Positions 21,997 through 34,970 of a stretch of 64,000 nucleotides of DNA are shown one piece after another. How positions within the stretch are numbered: the stretch's first letter is position 1; each line of letters starts with the position of its first letter. Location of the stretch: assembly GCA_000004695.1 (NCBI GenBank), contig CM000151.3:6112001-6176000 (forward strand). The letters run 5' to 3'. Made by a program: the position numbers and the translations under genes. This DNA is from Dictyostelium discoideum. Taxonomy: Eukaryota. The notes under the pieces are model-generated. The model saw only the letters and a program-made list of their open reading frames with translations. It was not told where the DNA came from and searched no databases.

Positions 21997-24900
21997 GAAA
22001 TAAACGAGAATTTATACATATAAAAAATAAATCACTGTTATATCTTCAGTATGTTGCGTTTAAAAGTTACATTATAACATATCATCTAATTGATCACACA
22101 CACAACATTGTTGATCAAAAGATCGAACAACCATCTGGTATCACAAGATATATCAAAGCTGCAACACGTAGTGTCACTAAACACAAAATTCAACATGCAA
22201 AAAATGCAGATATGGCAACAACTATAAAAAATGCTATCACAAACCCAAACATGAACAAAAACAATCAACCACCAAAAAACAACATTAACACCCCACCAAT
22301 CAACGAAATTGCAAATTCCAATCGCAATAATAACCCACTTCAAAATAGTGGTTCAAAAGCTACACTAAATGAATCACTTGATATTACCAATCAATCCCAA
22401 AACAATAATGAAATATCACACAAAAGTTATTCTCCAAATAATAATAACGGGAAAAACTCATTATCAATGAGCAATCCAACCGATCCAACAATTGTACCAC
22501 AAAAACCTCTACAATCTCAACCAAACAAACCAAGTGCATCAACCCCAAATACAATAAATACAAGAAGAAGCAGCAATGCCCTGACTACACAACCAGTCAA
22601 TACTGGTGCTACCAAACCTAGTAAGGTATGAGCTCAAAAATCAACTTTATAACATGGAATTGTAAAGGATTCACTGAAAACCCAAACAATCAACACAATT
22701 CCTACCAAAAAGCTGTTGACACACTACAACTACTTATATCAAAACTTCCACCTCGTCCAACAATCTCAATACTCACTGAACTCAATTCATCACCATTACA
22801 ACTTAAACATGATTTTCCCGATCACATCATCTCTGTCACCAAACGAGGAAATGGTGTAATCATCATTAACCATAACCCAAACTCACTCAAACTCAAACAC
22901 ATATCAACAATTGATGGTAGAGCTATTTTAGCAGACGTTATATTTCCAAATCAATTACCAATTGGTATTCTTGGAATTTACGCACCAGTATCAAATAATA
23001 CCATCAAAAAGAATTCATATGCAACTTCACTACAAACACTTCTCCACAACCACTCAACAAACCCAATACCAAACCAATCCCAACATGTATCTATTATCTC
23101 AGGAGATTTCAACTGTATCCACAACGACAATTCACTATTAGATGATATTATCCAATCCTACACATACCAACACCATCTAATTGATCAAGGTGAATTTAAA
23201 AACACTCCAACTCATACACATGGTAACAGATTAGATAGAATATATACTCAATACAATAGAATAGACCCTGAAAATATATATACTCAAGTCCACCAAATTC
23301 CATCTTCATTATCAGATCATAATCCAATATCAACAACAATTTCTTCACCTTTTCAAATAAATAAACATAAGAAAAGATGGATATTATCACCTGGTACTAT
23401 AAATGACCATGAAGCAATCAATATTATCAATCATTTAATAACTAATCACAATAACACATCAATCAATCAATTTACAAACTGGTCAAAAGTAAAATCAAAA
23501 ATTATTAAAACTCTAAAAAACTATCAATATAACAAAGACAAACAAACCCAACGTGCAAAACAAATACTATTAGAAAAAGCAGCAAAATTCAAACATCTTG
23601 AAGAACAATGCATCGCCGAATACAATATTATATGTAACAAAAACAAATTACATCAAAACCACACAAACATATTAAAAAAACATATAAATGGAGAAATACC
23701 TAGCAAGTATCTATCAGCAATACTAAACAAAAGATCAAAAGATGCAAAAATTGAATCAATCCAATATGGTAACATCATTACATCCGACCCCGACCAAATT
23801 GAAAATGCATTTGTTGAATTCTACACAAATCTATATAGCTTACAAATATGTTGTCCAATTACTCACCAGCTCATGCTAAACACATGGTCCATCATAAAAA
23901 ATGAATATTGGAATGGTTTAGACTCACCATTTATACAAGATGAAGTTGAAGCTGCAATTAAAACCTGTTACCCCAACAAATCACCCGGTCCAGATGGCGT
24001 TACAAATGCATTCTACATTAATCATTTAAACCAAGTTAAACCAATTCTCACTGCATTATTCAACGATATACTAGAAAATCCTCACCACATCACAACAGAA
24101 TTCACCGAAGGTCTTATACACACAATATACAAGAAAGGCAACCCCTTACTCATATCAAATCGTCGTCCCATTACACTTCTAAACACTGATTACAAGATCC
24201 TCTCAAAAGTAATCAATGCACGTCTTCTGAGAATACTTCCTTTCATCATCAATAACAACCAAACTGGTTTCGTACCCCACAGATTCATCATAGACAACAT
24301 CATCAACATCAATGAATTAATCAACTACCTCAAATCTAAAAACCTCCCTGGTATCATCACACTATTTGACTTCTTTAAAGCATTTGATTCTATCTCTCAC
24401 GATAGTATTAAAAGAACATTAATTCATATGGTATACCAATAAAATTAATAAATTTAATCCACAAGCTATTATCTGACTTACAAGCAAAAATTTCAATTAA
24501 TGGTAAAACAACCAGAAAATTCGATATTAAAATAGGTGTAAAACAAGGTGACCCAATCTCAGCCACTTTATTTGTAATTGTAATTGAAATATTAGCAAGA
24601 ACAATAAATGCAGACAATTCAATAATTGGTTTACCAATTTCACCCAATCCACAAATTAAAATCAAATTTACCCAATTTGCAGACGACTCTACAACATACA
24701 ACATCAACTACGAACAACAACAACAATCAATCAAACATTTCGATAATTTCTGCGCTTCAACATCATCATCATTAAATTTTGACAAAAGTGCAATAATAGA
24801 AATCAACCCCCACAAAATCACTGATAAACACATAATAAACAATATTCCACAATCAAAAAGAATACCAATAACCAAAAAAGATCAATCAGAAAGAGTCCTT

Positions 24901-26579
24901 GGCTATTTCTTTAATCATAATGGTTTACATAGGAAATTACCAGAAACAATGAAAACATTGAATAAATCATTAGTACTATGGAAAACTAGTGGCACAACAT
25001 TAAAAACAAAAACAACCATCATAAACACCTACTCACTATCACCAATAACATATTTATCATACCTTGAAGAATTTACAAAAGATGAAGAAATTCAAATTAA
25101 TAAATTAATCTCATGGTTTATGAATTCTCCCGCAAATTCTGAATCACCAACTCTCAATACCAATTCCATTGAAAATAACACATCAACCATCCATTCACGT
25201 GCAAAAATACCTTTGATGTGTTATGATAGATCATTAAAACCATTAAAAGAAGGTGGTTGGGGTATGTGGAATATACAATTACGACAAGTTGCTCAAAAGA
25301 TTTGGATATACAACAGATTTTTACAAATGCATAAATCTGCAAATAATTCAATATACATGATAAGTTGGATGGATCAAATCATCAACAAATCAATCTCTTC
25401 TCCATACCTTATAAAAATCAAAAAAGAATGGGAAAACTATGCAACTCAAATTGGACATCTAAAAGATAAAGTTCAAATCCTACAACCAATATTAATAAAA
25501 AATCAAACCTCTCAAACATTAAACACAAATAATATTCCACTACCACCAACACTCAAAGAAATCTACTCGACAATACTCAACAATCACCAATGTAAATCAA
25601 AAGACTATATTGGCAAGAAATATTCAGATCTACTTCTTACTTCGCACCAACCATCAATACAACTATTATGGAAATACACATACGACCAACTATTTGTCAA
25701 AATTCAAAAATTAAAAGATCCAAAAGGCCGTGATACAATGCAAAGATTCCATGCTAGATGTCTTCCGATTAATCATCTACACAACAAAGTTTGCCCCATT
25801 TGCAACAATGAAATGAATAATGATCCCTATGGTCATTTGTTTTTCAATTGTTAGCACACAATCAACTTCATAAACCACGACAAATTAAAATATTTTATAT
25901 ATAAAAATTGCAATGGAAACAAAAACTGGTCACTAACAAAAAACCAAACAACAAAATTATACACACTCATTTATAAACCACAAACAAACAACAAAGCATT
26001 TAAACCAGATCCAACTATCAATATTAATTTTCATTTTGCAGAAAACGCACAATATAAAAAATACAGGTTCAACTGGAATTATATAAACACAAATCTTGAT
26101 CTAGTCAGAACACATGCATATTGGAACATAATCTCATTAGTTATTCACCAAATATGGATATGGTTATGCAAATCATTATTTGACATCAATATAACTCAAT
26201 CAATTGACAATTGGAACAACCAAATAAACAACACAACACTAGATTATGATATATTAAAATCAAAATGGCACAAGCTAATAAGATTGGAATATTCAAGAAC
26301 ATTATCAAACTTTAACCAATACTCAATTAAAAACAACCTCACAAAAACTCAAAAAGAAACCCAATGGTCCGAAACCATCAAAAAATTTAAAAAAGAATGG
26401 AGCATAAACACAAATGAACCAATTCCAACAATTACACCACCAATTAATTATTAATTACCTAATCTAAAATAACATACCATTTTAAATTCACAAAAACTAA
26501 AAAACCTAAAATAAATAAATAAAAATAACATACTAATTGTATACTACAATAGTTTATTTATATCAAAAAAAAAAAAAAA
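21997..26579 (+). mobile_element. Second-family TRE-type non-LTR retrotransposon, near full length. ORF1 is 22212..22631; ORF2 is 22628..26453 (APE, RT, CCHC-like zinc finger) but carries one frameshift (~24430) and one nonsense codon (25852)
   Basis: ORF1 stop and ORF2 start overlap (ATGA). APE: ITWNCKGF...SDHNPI. RT: FVPHRFIIDNI, TLFDFFKAFDSISHDSI, KQGDPISATLFVIVIEIL, FADDSTTY. Zinc finger: CPICNNEMNNDPYGHLFFNC. Terminal A14. Confidence 0.75.
22628..26453 (+). pseudogene. Retrotransposon ORF2 (APE plus RT plus zinc finger) disrupted by a +1 frameshift and a TAG
   Basis: The six-frame ORFs 22628..24442 and 24949..25854 and the downstream reading to 26453 are pieces of one polyprotein. The truncated sister copy reads CAG where this copy has TAG. 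Confidence 0.7.
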
Positions 26580-27717
26580 GGGATCATTTGTAAAAAATTT
26601 GTTAAATTACAAATAAGAATAATTGGAATAATTAAAAAAAAAAAAAAAAAAAAAAAAAAGGGATTTGATTTAATATTCTTAAAAAAGAAAAAAAAAAAGT
26701 ATAAATTAAAATTTATTTTTAATTTTTTTTTTTTTCATTACACCATTAAATCTTGTTTATTTGTGAATATAAAAAATTATTTTAATTAATCCTTTCACCA
26801 GTAGTACTCTTATTTTTATTTATTTATTATTTTTATTATTATTTCTCAATCAAATAATTTATAAAAAAAAAAAAAAAAAACCTAAATATTTAATTAAGAA
26901 TTCTTTTTATTTATTATTTTTATTATTATTTCTCTATCAAATAATTTTAAAAAAAATACTCTTTAAATTAATAATTATGATTAAAAAAAGAATTTTTTTT
27001 CCCGCACCCCTTTACCATTTTCTTATTTTAGATATTTCCAGATTTGGAAATTTTCTTTTTGGTTATTGGATTTTACTTAAAATAGAAAATTATTTTTTTT
27101 ATTTCCAAATAATTCAAAAAAATTGAAAAATGATCGAGTATAAATAAGAGTTTTTTGAAAAAAAAAAAAAAATAATCATTTATACAAATGTAAAAAAAAA
27201 ATAATAAAGAGAATAAAAATCTAACTCTAACAATTTAAAAGGTTTAGATAATAGTTGATTGACAGTTAAAAATATAAAAAAAGGTAAAGCCATAAAAAAT
27301 GAAAAATAAATAAATAACAATTTAAATCTAACTTTTATATTATATTTTATAGTAATTTTAGACAATAAAAATGGTTAAAATTCAATTATAATCTAGATAA
27401 TATAATATATGAATCACTACCAATCGAATGATAGAGAAAGGAAAGATTTATCTATGCACTATATCATAAAGAAAGGTTGATCATCATCTAAAAATTATTT
27501 CTAAACAAATAAAATGAATCAATTCAAATCAAATGTCAGAGAAAGGAAAGATTTATCTATGCACTAAGGCATTTTGAAAAGAAGATGATATAAATAAAAA
27601 ATTAGAAATCAAAAAAAACTAAAAATAAATTAAAACCAATAATAAAATTAAAAAGGTTTAATATATTTTAAAATTAAATTTTTTTTAATAATTTAAATTA
27701 TAAGATAAGCTACTTTT

Positions 27718-28764
27718 TTATTTAATTTTTCCAAATGTTTTAATTAACAAATCATTAGACTTTAAAAAATTAGTTTTAAAATCTTGAGAAATTGCAGTGA
27801 AAAATTGATGATTACAATTGTCATTATTTTCTTTTGAAAGTTTTTTAATATCTTTTTCAACTGGTATTAATGAAAAAATAAAAGGTGATATTTCAACCAA
27901 AACAATTGGTCTATTTACATTTAAACAACTATTAGTTTCATAGATTTGATTTGTTACTTTACCTAGATTAACTGGAGAACGAGCAATATGAAAAAGAAAT
28001 TCTGCATTAAAATCTTGAGTTTTCTTATTATATAATTTTGCAGTTGAACATGATATATTTGGAATTTCAGGTTCAAATGATTGAAATGATAATTGTTTAA
28101 AATCATTTTCAACTGGATCGATATCTGATGTATGAAAATTAATTAAACCTTCAATACAATGAAATCGGATTTCATTTTTAGATAAATAACAAATTAATTG
28201 ATCGATTTCATTTTGATCACCAGCCACCAATATTAAATCATAGCATAAACAACCACAAATTTGAATTGATGGATAATTTGGTTTAATAAAATCCCAATAA
28301 TAATCTTCAGGTTTTTTAATGGATATTATTTTCTTTATTGTTTTATTTTCAAGTTTTGTCATTAAACATGCTCTTTTATGGGAAATGAAACAAGCGGTTT
28401 CCAAATCGATTAAACCTGAACAATAAGCTGAAGCAATCTCTCCTAAACTCATACCAACTATTTGATCTGGTTTTACACCATAATGTTTATAAAGTTTAAA
28501 AATTGAAACTTGAAACATAAATGATATACAATGAATAAAATGTTGTTCTAGAAATGAATCACTATCATTCTCTTTAAGATTTTTATATTTATCAAACATT
28601 GAATATCCATAATATTTTTCATTAAAAATATTATCAATTTCCATTATCGTTGATTTAAAATTATTTCCATTTTCAAATAATTCTAATGGTATTTTATTTT
28701 TAAATGAACCTTGACCAGAAAATATAAATACTAAATATGGTTTTGTTATTTTATTTTCTTCCAT
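27718..28764 (-). CDS. Stand-alone acyltransferase (malonyl-CoA:ACP transacylase / PKS AT-domain-like) protein A, 348 aa
   Basis: FIFSGQGS (GQG oxyanion motif), GMSLGE (GxSxG nucleophile elbow), ...FHTSDID (AFHS-type His motif). Paralogous to the B and C genes in this window. Confidence 0.75.
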   Translation of the reverse strand: MEENKITKPYLVFIFSGQGSFKNKIPLELFENGNNFKSTIMEIDNIFNEKYYGYSMFDKYKNLKENDSDSFLEQHFIHCISFMFQVSIFKLYKHYGVKPDQIVGMSLGEIASAYCSGLIDLETACFISHKRACLMTKLENKTIKKIISIKKPEDYYWDFIKPNYPSIQICGCLCYDLILVAGDQNEIDQLICYLSKNEIRFHCIEGLINFHTSDIDPVENDFKQLSFQSFEPEIPNISCSTAKLYNKKTQDFNAEFLFHIARSPVNLGKVTNQIYETNSCLNVNRPIVLVEISPFIFSLIPVEKDIKKLSKENNDNCNHQFFTAISQDFKTNFLKSNDLLIKTFGKIK

Positions 28765-29359
28765 TTAAAATTTTAATTATTATTATATTTATATTAAGTA
28801 TGTCTGTGTGTTTATGTAAGTGAAAAAAAATAAAAAAAAAATAAAAAAAAATAAAAATAAAAATAAAAATAAAAATAAAAATAAAAAATAAAAATAATAA
28901 AAAATAAAAATAAACACAACGTAATGTAATAAAAAAAAAAAAAAATTACAAGTCAAAAGTAATAATTAAAATTAATAAAATTTAATTCATTATTTTAAAA
29001 ATAAAATAATTATAAAAATTAATGAATCTGTTTTAAAAAATATCTAGATATCTTATTATTATTTACTTATTATTGTTTTTCCCAATGGGAATTTCTTTAG
29101 GTTAATAGAAGAAATTCTATTTAAATATAATAAAAATAGAACAAAACTGTTTTTTAAAAAAAAAAAAAAAAAAGAGATGATTTTCTAAAGATTTTTTTAT
29201 TTTCTTTTTGCTTCATAAAAAAAACAAAAAAATTCTTTTTAAGATATTTTTCTCATTTTCTTTTTTTATTTTTATTTTTTTTTTTTACTTTTTGATTAAT
29301 TTTTTTTTTTTTTTCCTAAACCGTAATTTTATTTGAAAGTGAAAAAAAAAAAAAAAAAA

Positions 29360-30516
29360 ATGATTTCAGGTATTGAAGAAGATATAAAAGAAAAACCATT
29401 TGTTGTGTTTTTTTTTTCAGGTCAAGGTGGAATTCATAATAAATTAGCAGTCGAATTATATGAAAAAGAACCAGTTTTTAAGAAATGGACTGATGATATT
29501 GATAATATTTTAAAAGAGAAATATTATGGATATTCGATGATTGAAAAATTAAAATCAATAAACGATGATGATAGAGAAGCATTATATGATCAACATCTTG
29601 CTCATTCAATTTTATTTATATTACAAATTTCATTATTTAAATTATATAAACATTATGATGTAACTCCTGATATAATTTATGGTTTAAGGTATTATTTAAT
29701 TTGAAAAAATATAATAAAAATAATAATACTTTTTTTTTTATTTTAAATTTTATATTAATTAATATAATATTTAATAATTATTATTTTAGTTTAGGTGAGA
29801 TTGCATCATCATATTGTTCTGGAATGATTGATTTAGAAACAGCATGTTTTGTTTTATATTCAAGAGCAGTATCAATTAATAAAACATTTAAAGAATATGA
29901 TAGAACATTGGTATCAGTTGATATTTCAGAAGAAAATTTCAATTCAAAATATAGTTTAAAATTCCCATCAATTGAAATTGCTTGTAAAATTCATGCTCAT
30001 ACCATTACATTGGGTGGGAAAATTACAGATATTAATCAACTATTTGAATTGTTTGATATTGATAATGTCAGTTATAAAAGATTACCAATTGCATCAAGTT
30101 TTCACACTTCTTCTATGGAATCTATTAGGGAAGAAATTCTTAATTTATCATTCGATTATTCTCAACCTACTATTACTCATTTTTCAACAGTAACTTGTAA
30201 ACCATTTGATATCAAAACCCAACCATTTAATTCATTTTATCTTTATAATAATATTCGTGAGCCATGTCTATTGGAAGAATCAACAAAAAATATTTATTTA
30301 TTTCATTTAAATAATAATAATTTAAATTATGATAATAATAACAATAATTATAAAAATAATGAATATAATTATGACAATATTGATAAATTAACAAATCAAA
30401 AAAAATATAACCAATCAAAAAAACCAATATTTATAATAGAAATATCTGCGCAATACTCTTTAATTTATTTTATTGAGAAAACAATATATGAATTATCAAT
30501 CAAATATAATGATAAA

Positions 30517-30559
<43 letters not shown>

Positions 30560-30663
30560 TTAATAATAATAAATTTTTATCTACCTTGTATAGAGACAAA
30601 AATGGAGATTTAAATACATTTAAAAATGTAATATCAAATATTAAAGAGGTTTACAAAAACTAA
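29360..30663 (+). CDS. Stand-alone AT-domain protein B. 2 exons: join(29360..29688,29790..30663), 400 aa, with an N/Y-rich low-complexity C-terminal insert
   Basis: FFFSGQGG. The GTATTA donor at 29689 and TTTTAG acceptor at 29789 restore G-LSLGE-IASSYCSGMIDLETACF across the intron. SSFHTSSMESI. Confidence 0.75.
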
Positions 30664-31297
30664 TAATTATATTAAGTTTTGACAACAGCCACACAGAAGG
30701 AGAGATAGGCAGATACAGAAGCAGAGAGAGAGAAGATTATGGGTTATTTTGGGTAGAAGGGATAGAGGGGGTAGAAATTTTAATATTACTGGGCTATTCA
30801 TTAATAAAAAAAAAAAAATAAAAAATTTGTTATGTTTTAAAAATTATTTTTAATTTGTCAGTGTTTTTAAACAGATTTTTTAAAAAATAAAAACAATATC
30901 ACTGATATCAGTGGTTCATTAAAAAAAAAAAAAAAATTTTTTTTTTTTTTTAATTTTTAATCTAAAAAGATTAAATAGTGGGAATTTATTGTATTTTTTG
31001 ATTTTTTTATTTAAATTTATTATTTTAAAAATATATTTAATAAATCTTTTTTTTAAAATTTTAAATTATCATTTTTTATTTTTATTTTTTTTTTTTTTTT
31101 TTTAATTTTTATACTTGCACATAAAAAAAACAAAATAAAATAAAATTAAATTTAATCTTCATTAATTAATTTATTTAATTAACAAGTAAAGAAATAAAAA
31201 AAATAACAAGTAAGAAAAAAAAAAAAATTCAATCATCATATAAAAAAAAAAAAATTCTAACATATCAAAAATAATTATAATAAATTTTAAAAAAATT

Positions 31298-32350
31298 ATG
31301 GAAGAAATTTTATTTCCAACCAAATCACCACATATTACATTTATGTTTACTGGTCAAGGATGTTGTTTTCCAAAAATGGGTCTTGGTTTATATAATAGTG
31401 AACCAATATTTAAAGAATGGATTGATAGAATTGATGAAATTTTAAAATCAAAATATTATGGTTATTCAATGTTTGAAAAAATTAATTCAATTGATGAAAA
31501 AGATCAAGATGGATTAAACAATCAACATTTATCACATTCTGCTTTATTCATGTTTGAAGTTTCTCTATGTAAATTATTAAATTATTATGGTTTACATCCA
31601 AATTTAATAATTGGTATAAGTTTGGGTGAAATCGCATCAGCATTTTGTTCTGGTATGATTGATTTAGAGACATCATGTTTTTTAACCTATAAAAGGGCAT
31701 TCTCAATTGAAAAAACCATTAATGGTGATAGTACATTAATTATAGTTGCAATTTCTGAAAATGAATTTTTAAATAATTATTCATTGAAATATACAAATAT
31801 TGAAATTGCAAGTAACCTTACATCATCATCATTATTAGTGGGTGGTAAAAAAAATGATTTACTTTCATTTTGTCAAGAATTAAAAGAAAAGAAAATATTT
31901 TTCGCTCAAACCTCATTACCAACTTCATTTCATACATCAAGTATGGAACCAATTAAAAATGATATAATTCAATTAACAATTAATAATCAGTCACCTAAAA
32001 TCACTCATTTATCAAGTGTGAATTGTAAATTCTTTAATGGATATGATAACCAATTCAATTCAACTTATCTTTATTATAATATTCGTAATCAAGTTTCATT
32101 AGCTCCAACTGTAAAAGTAATGTGTAATTATTTCGATCAAATGAATTCATTTGATTTTTATCATCATAAAAATATAGTGATTGAAATTTCACCCCATAAT
32201 GCATTATTTCAACATGTTCAAAGAACAATTGATACAATTCAAAATTTTCAAAGTAAAAAAAATACTTTTTTCTTTGCTCCATTATCTAAAGGTAAAAATG
32301 AAGTTATAAATTTAAAAAAAATGATTTTAAAAATTAATAGTTTAAATTAA
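31298..32350 (+). CDS. Stand-alone AT-domain protein C, 350 aa, single exon
   Basis: FMFTGQGCCFPKMG, GISLGEIASAFCSGMIDLETSCF, PTSFHTSSMEPI. About 45-55% identical to A and B. Confidence 0.75.
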   Translation: MEEILFPTKSPHITFMFTGQGCCFPKMGLGLYNSEPIFKEWIDRIDEILKSKYYGYSMFEKINSIDEKDQDGLNNQHLSHSALFMFEVSLCKLLNYYGLHPNLIIGISLGEIASAFCSGMIDLETSCFLTYKRAFSIEKTINGDSTLIIVAISENEFLNNYSLKYTNIEIASNLTSSSLLVGGKKNDLLSFCQELKEKKIFFAQTSLPTSFHTSSMEPIKNDIIQLTINNQSPKITHLSSVNCKFFNGYDNQFNSTYLYYNIRNQVSLAPTVKVMCNYFDQMNSFDFYHHKNIVIEISPHNALFQHVQRTIDTIQNFQSKKNTFFFAPLSKGKNEVINLKKMILKINSLN

Positions 32351-32622
32351 AAAAATATATATATATATATATATGTATCTATTTGTATTTATTAATAAAA
32401 AAAAAAATAAAAATAAAATAAAATAAAATATGTTGTTAAATTATTTAAAATTATTTTTTTTTTTTTTTTTATTTTATTTTATTTTTTTCAATTTAAATTG
32501 GGCAATTTCTTATTTTTTTTTTTTTAATTCATTTAAATTAATTTTTAAAGAAAAAAATTTCTTAATATTGTAAAATATATTTTTATAAATTATATAAATT
32601 ATTTTTATTTATTTTATTTAAT

Positions 32623-33430
32623 TTAATTATCATCAGCAATATGTGATTGTTTAATATATTCAAATGTTGAAATCATAATAGCACAAGCAGGTGAAACTTT
32701 AGCAACACGTGGTACTAAACCTTTTGTTAAACCTTTCCAACCTTCTTGAGAAAGTATTTGTTTGAGATGATAAATTGAACTATTATTTTTCTTTATGAAA
32801 TCTAATTGTTGTTGTGGCGTTAAAGAGGGTGATAGAGTTTGTTGTGCTGACATTTGAATTCTAGTTTTAATGACATCAATTGGTGTTGTTAGTACAGCCG
32901 CCAATGTACCACTTGTTGCACCAGCAATGAAGTTAATGAAAAATGGTGATTTTGAATTTCTGCTAAAATTTGGATCAATTTGTGATTTCATTAATTTATT
33001 CTTTAAAACTTCATAACCTGCCCAATAGATTGCTGAAAATGGTACATCCCTAACTAAAGTTGGTCCCAATCCTCTCCACAATCCTTTAATTCCAACATTG
33101 TTTACTATATCTCTATATAATTTAAATGAATTAAATCTTTGTTCTGATGATAATGGTATTGTTCCAATTGTAGCTGTTGATGATGATGCTGCCATGGCAA
33201 CTGTATTTTTATATGCATTTTGTAATACTATTCCTTGGGAATTGGTTCTTAATAATTCAAATGGTGATGTTACACTTGCTGAAAAAATTCTTGCCAATGT
33301 ACCTGCCACCAATGGTACAGTATATATATTATATGCTTCTGTATCATTAAATTGATATAAATATTCTTTTAAATATTCATATGATGTGAAATATCTAAAA
33401 TAAAATAAAAATAAAAAGGTTAATATAAAT

Positions 33431-33475
<45 letters not shown>

Positions 33476-33813
33476 CATACATACATTGTTGCACTTGGTA
33501 TTGTCATTAATAATGAAGGAGTTACACCTCTCCAAAAGGTTAAAGGACCTTCATTTTTATAGATCTTTTTAAATGCATCAAGTGTACCCTTGAATACATG
33601 TTTTTGGTTTATATGAGAACCTGTATTTTGAGTTTGAAGTCTAGTTTTAACAACGTCAAGTGGTGTGACAATTAATGATGACATAATACCGCCGAAAATT
33701 GATGCAACCATTAATTTCTTAACATTCTTATGAATATTTGAATCATTATTATTACTATTACTATTATTAATGTTATTATTATTATTATTATTATTAACAC
33801 TATTGCTAAGCAT
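32623..33813 (-). CDS. Mitochondrial carrier family protein, SLC25A39/40 (Mtm1)-like. 2 exons: complement(join(32623..33394,33485..33813)), 366 aa
   Basis: Three carrier signatures: PLDVVKTRLQ, PFELLRTNSQ, PIDVIKTRIQ. GTLDAFKKIYKNEGPLTFWRGVTPSL resembles SLC25A39. GTATGT donor and TTTTAG acceptor. N-terminal poly-Asn. Confidence 0.8.
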
Positions 33814-34179
33814 TATGATATTTTTTTTATTTTATTTTATTTTTAATTTTTTTTAATATGGGAGAAGAAATATTATTATTTTTTATTTTTTTTTTTTTTT
33901 TTAATATATATATATATAAAAATATATTAATATAATATGATTTTAACTATTTTAATTAAATTTATTTATTTTCACTCTCCAACTTCAACAGCACAAATAA
34001 AAAAATTAATTTAACCTATTTTTTGATTTCCTCTAATTAGGAATACTCTATTAAATTGGATATATTAAAAAAATATACTCCAATTAATAATAAATAAAAT
34101 GAAAAAAAATGCTAATTGTGTTAAAAAAACAAAAAAAAAAAAAAAAAATAATAAAAAAAAAAAAAAAACTCGACACGAC

Positions 34180-34214
<35 letters not shown>

Positions 34215-34413
34215 AATTTATTTTTATTTTTAAATATTTTCCTTTCAATCCCATCGTAATCAAAACGTTTTTATTTTTATTTTTATTTTTTATTTTTTTT
34301 TTTGACGTGATTGCTAATTCTAGAATTTAGTTTTATTTTTGGTAATATTTTGGGATAATTTAAATATTTAAATATTTTATTTTGTTATTTTGCTGTATTA
34401 ATATTTTTATTTT

Positions 34414-34449
<36 letters not shown>

Positions 34450-34640
34450 TGCATTACCATGTTTCCACGAATTCACCAAAAATAAATAAATAAAAAATAA
34501 TTATTTTTTTATTTTTTTTATTTTCAATTTTTTTTTTTTTTGGGCGCTTTTTTTTTTTTTTTTTTTTTTTTTCACAATTTTCCACAACTTTTATTTATTT
34601 ATTTTTCATATTTGATTAATTTTCTTTTTATTACAATTAA

Positions 34641-34910
34641 ATGCAAAGATTATTAGATACAATCAATAAAAAATTTTCACTTCAAACTGATATAGATCCA
34701 GCAAAACCAAAAAATAAAAAAAATGAAAACGAAGAAAAGAATAAAGTTCCAGGTAGAGATTCTCAATATAGGAAATTAAAAACGTTCATTGACAAAACTG
34801 CAAAGTCTGGTAAAGGAGATTCATTATATATTTGTGGACCACCTGGAACTGGTAAAAGTTTAACATTAACAACATTATCTAAAAATTTATCAACAAAGGT
34901 AATTATTTTT

Positions 34911-34970
<60 letters not shown>

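Noticed and set aside
27432-27567. 29-bp direct repeat agagaaaggaaagatttatctatgcacta (x2), plus ~70-bp tandem repeats at 26820-26960 and 35-bp repeats at 4010-4105
   Set aside because: Short local tandem duplications in intergenic DNA. No structure suggesting a CRISPR array or satellite, and no coding or RNA features.
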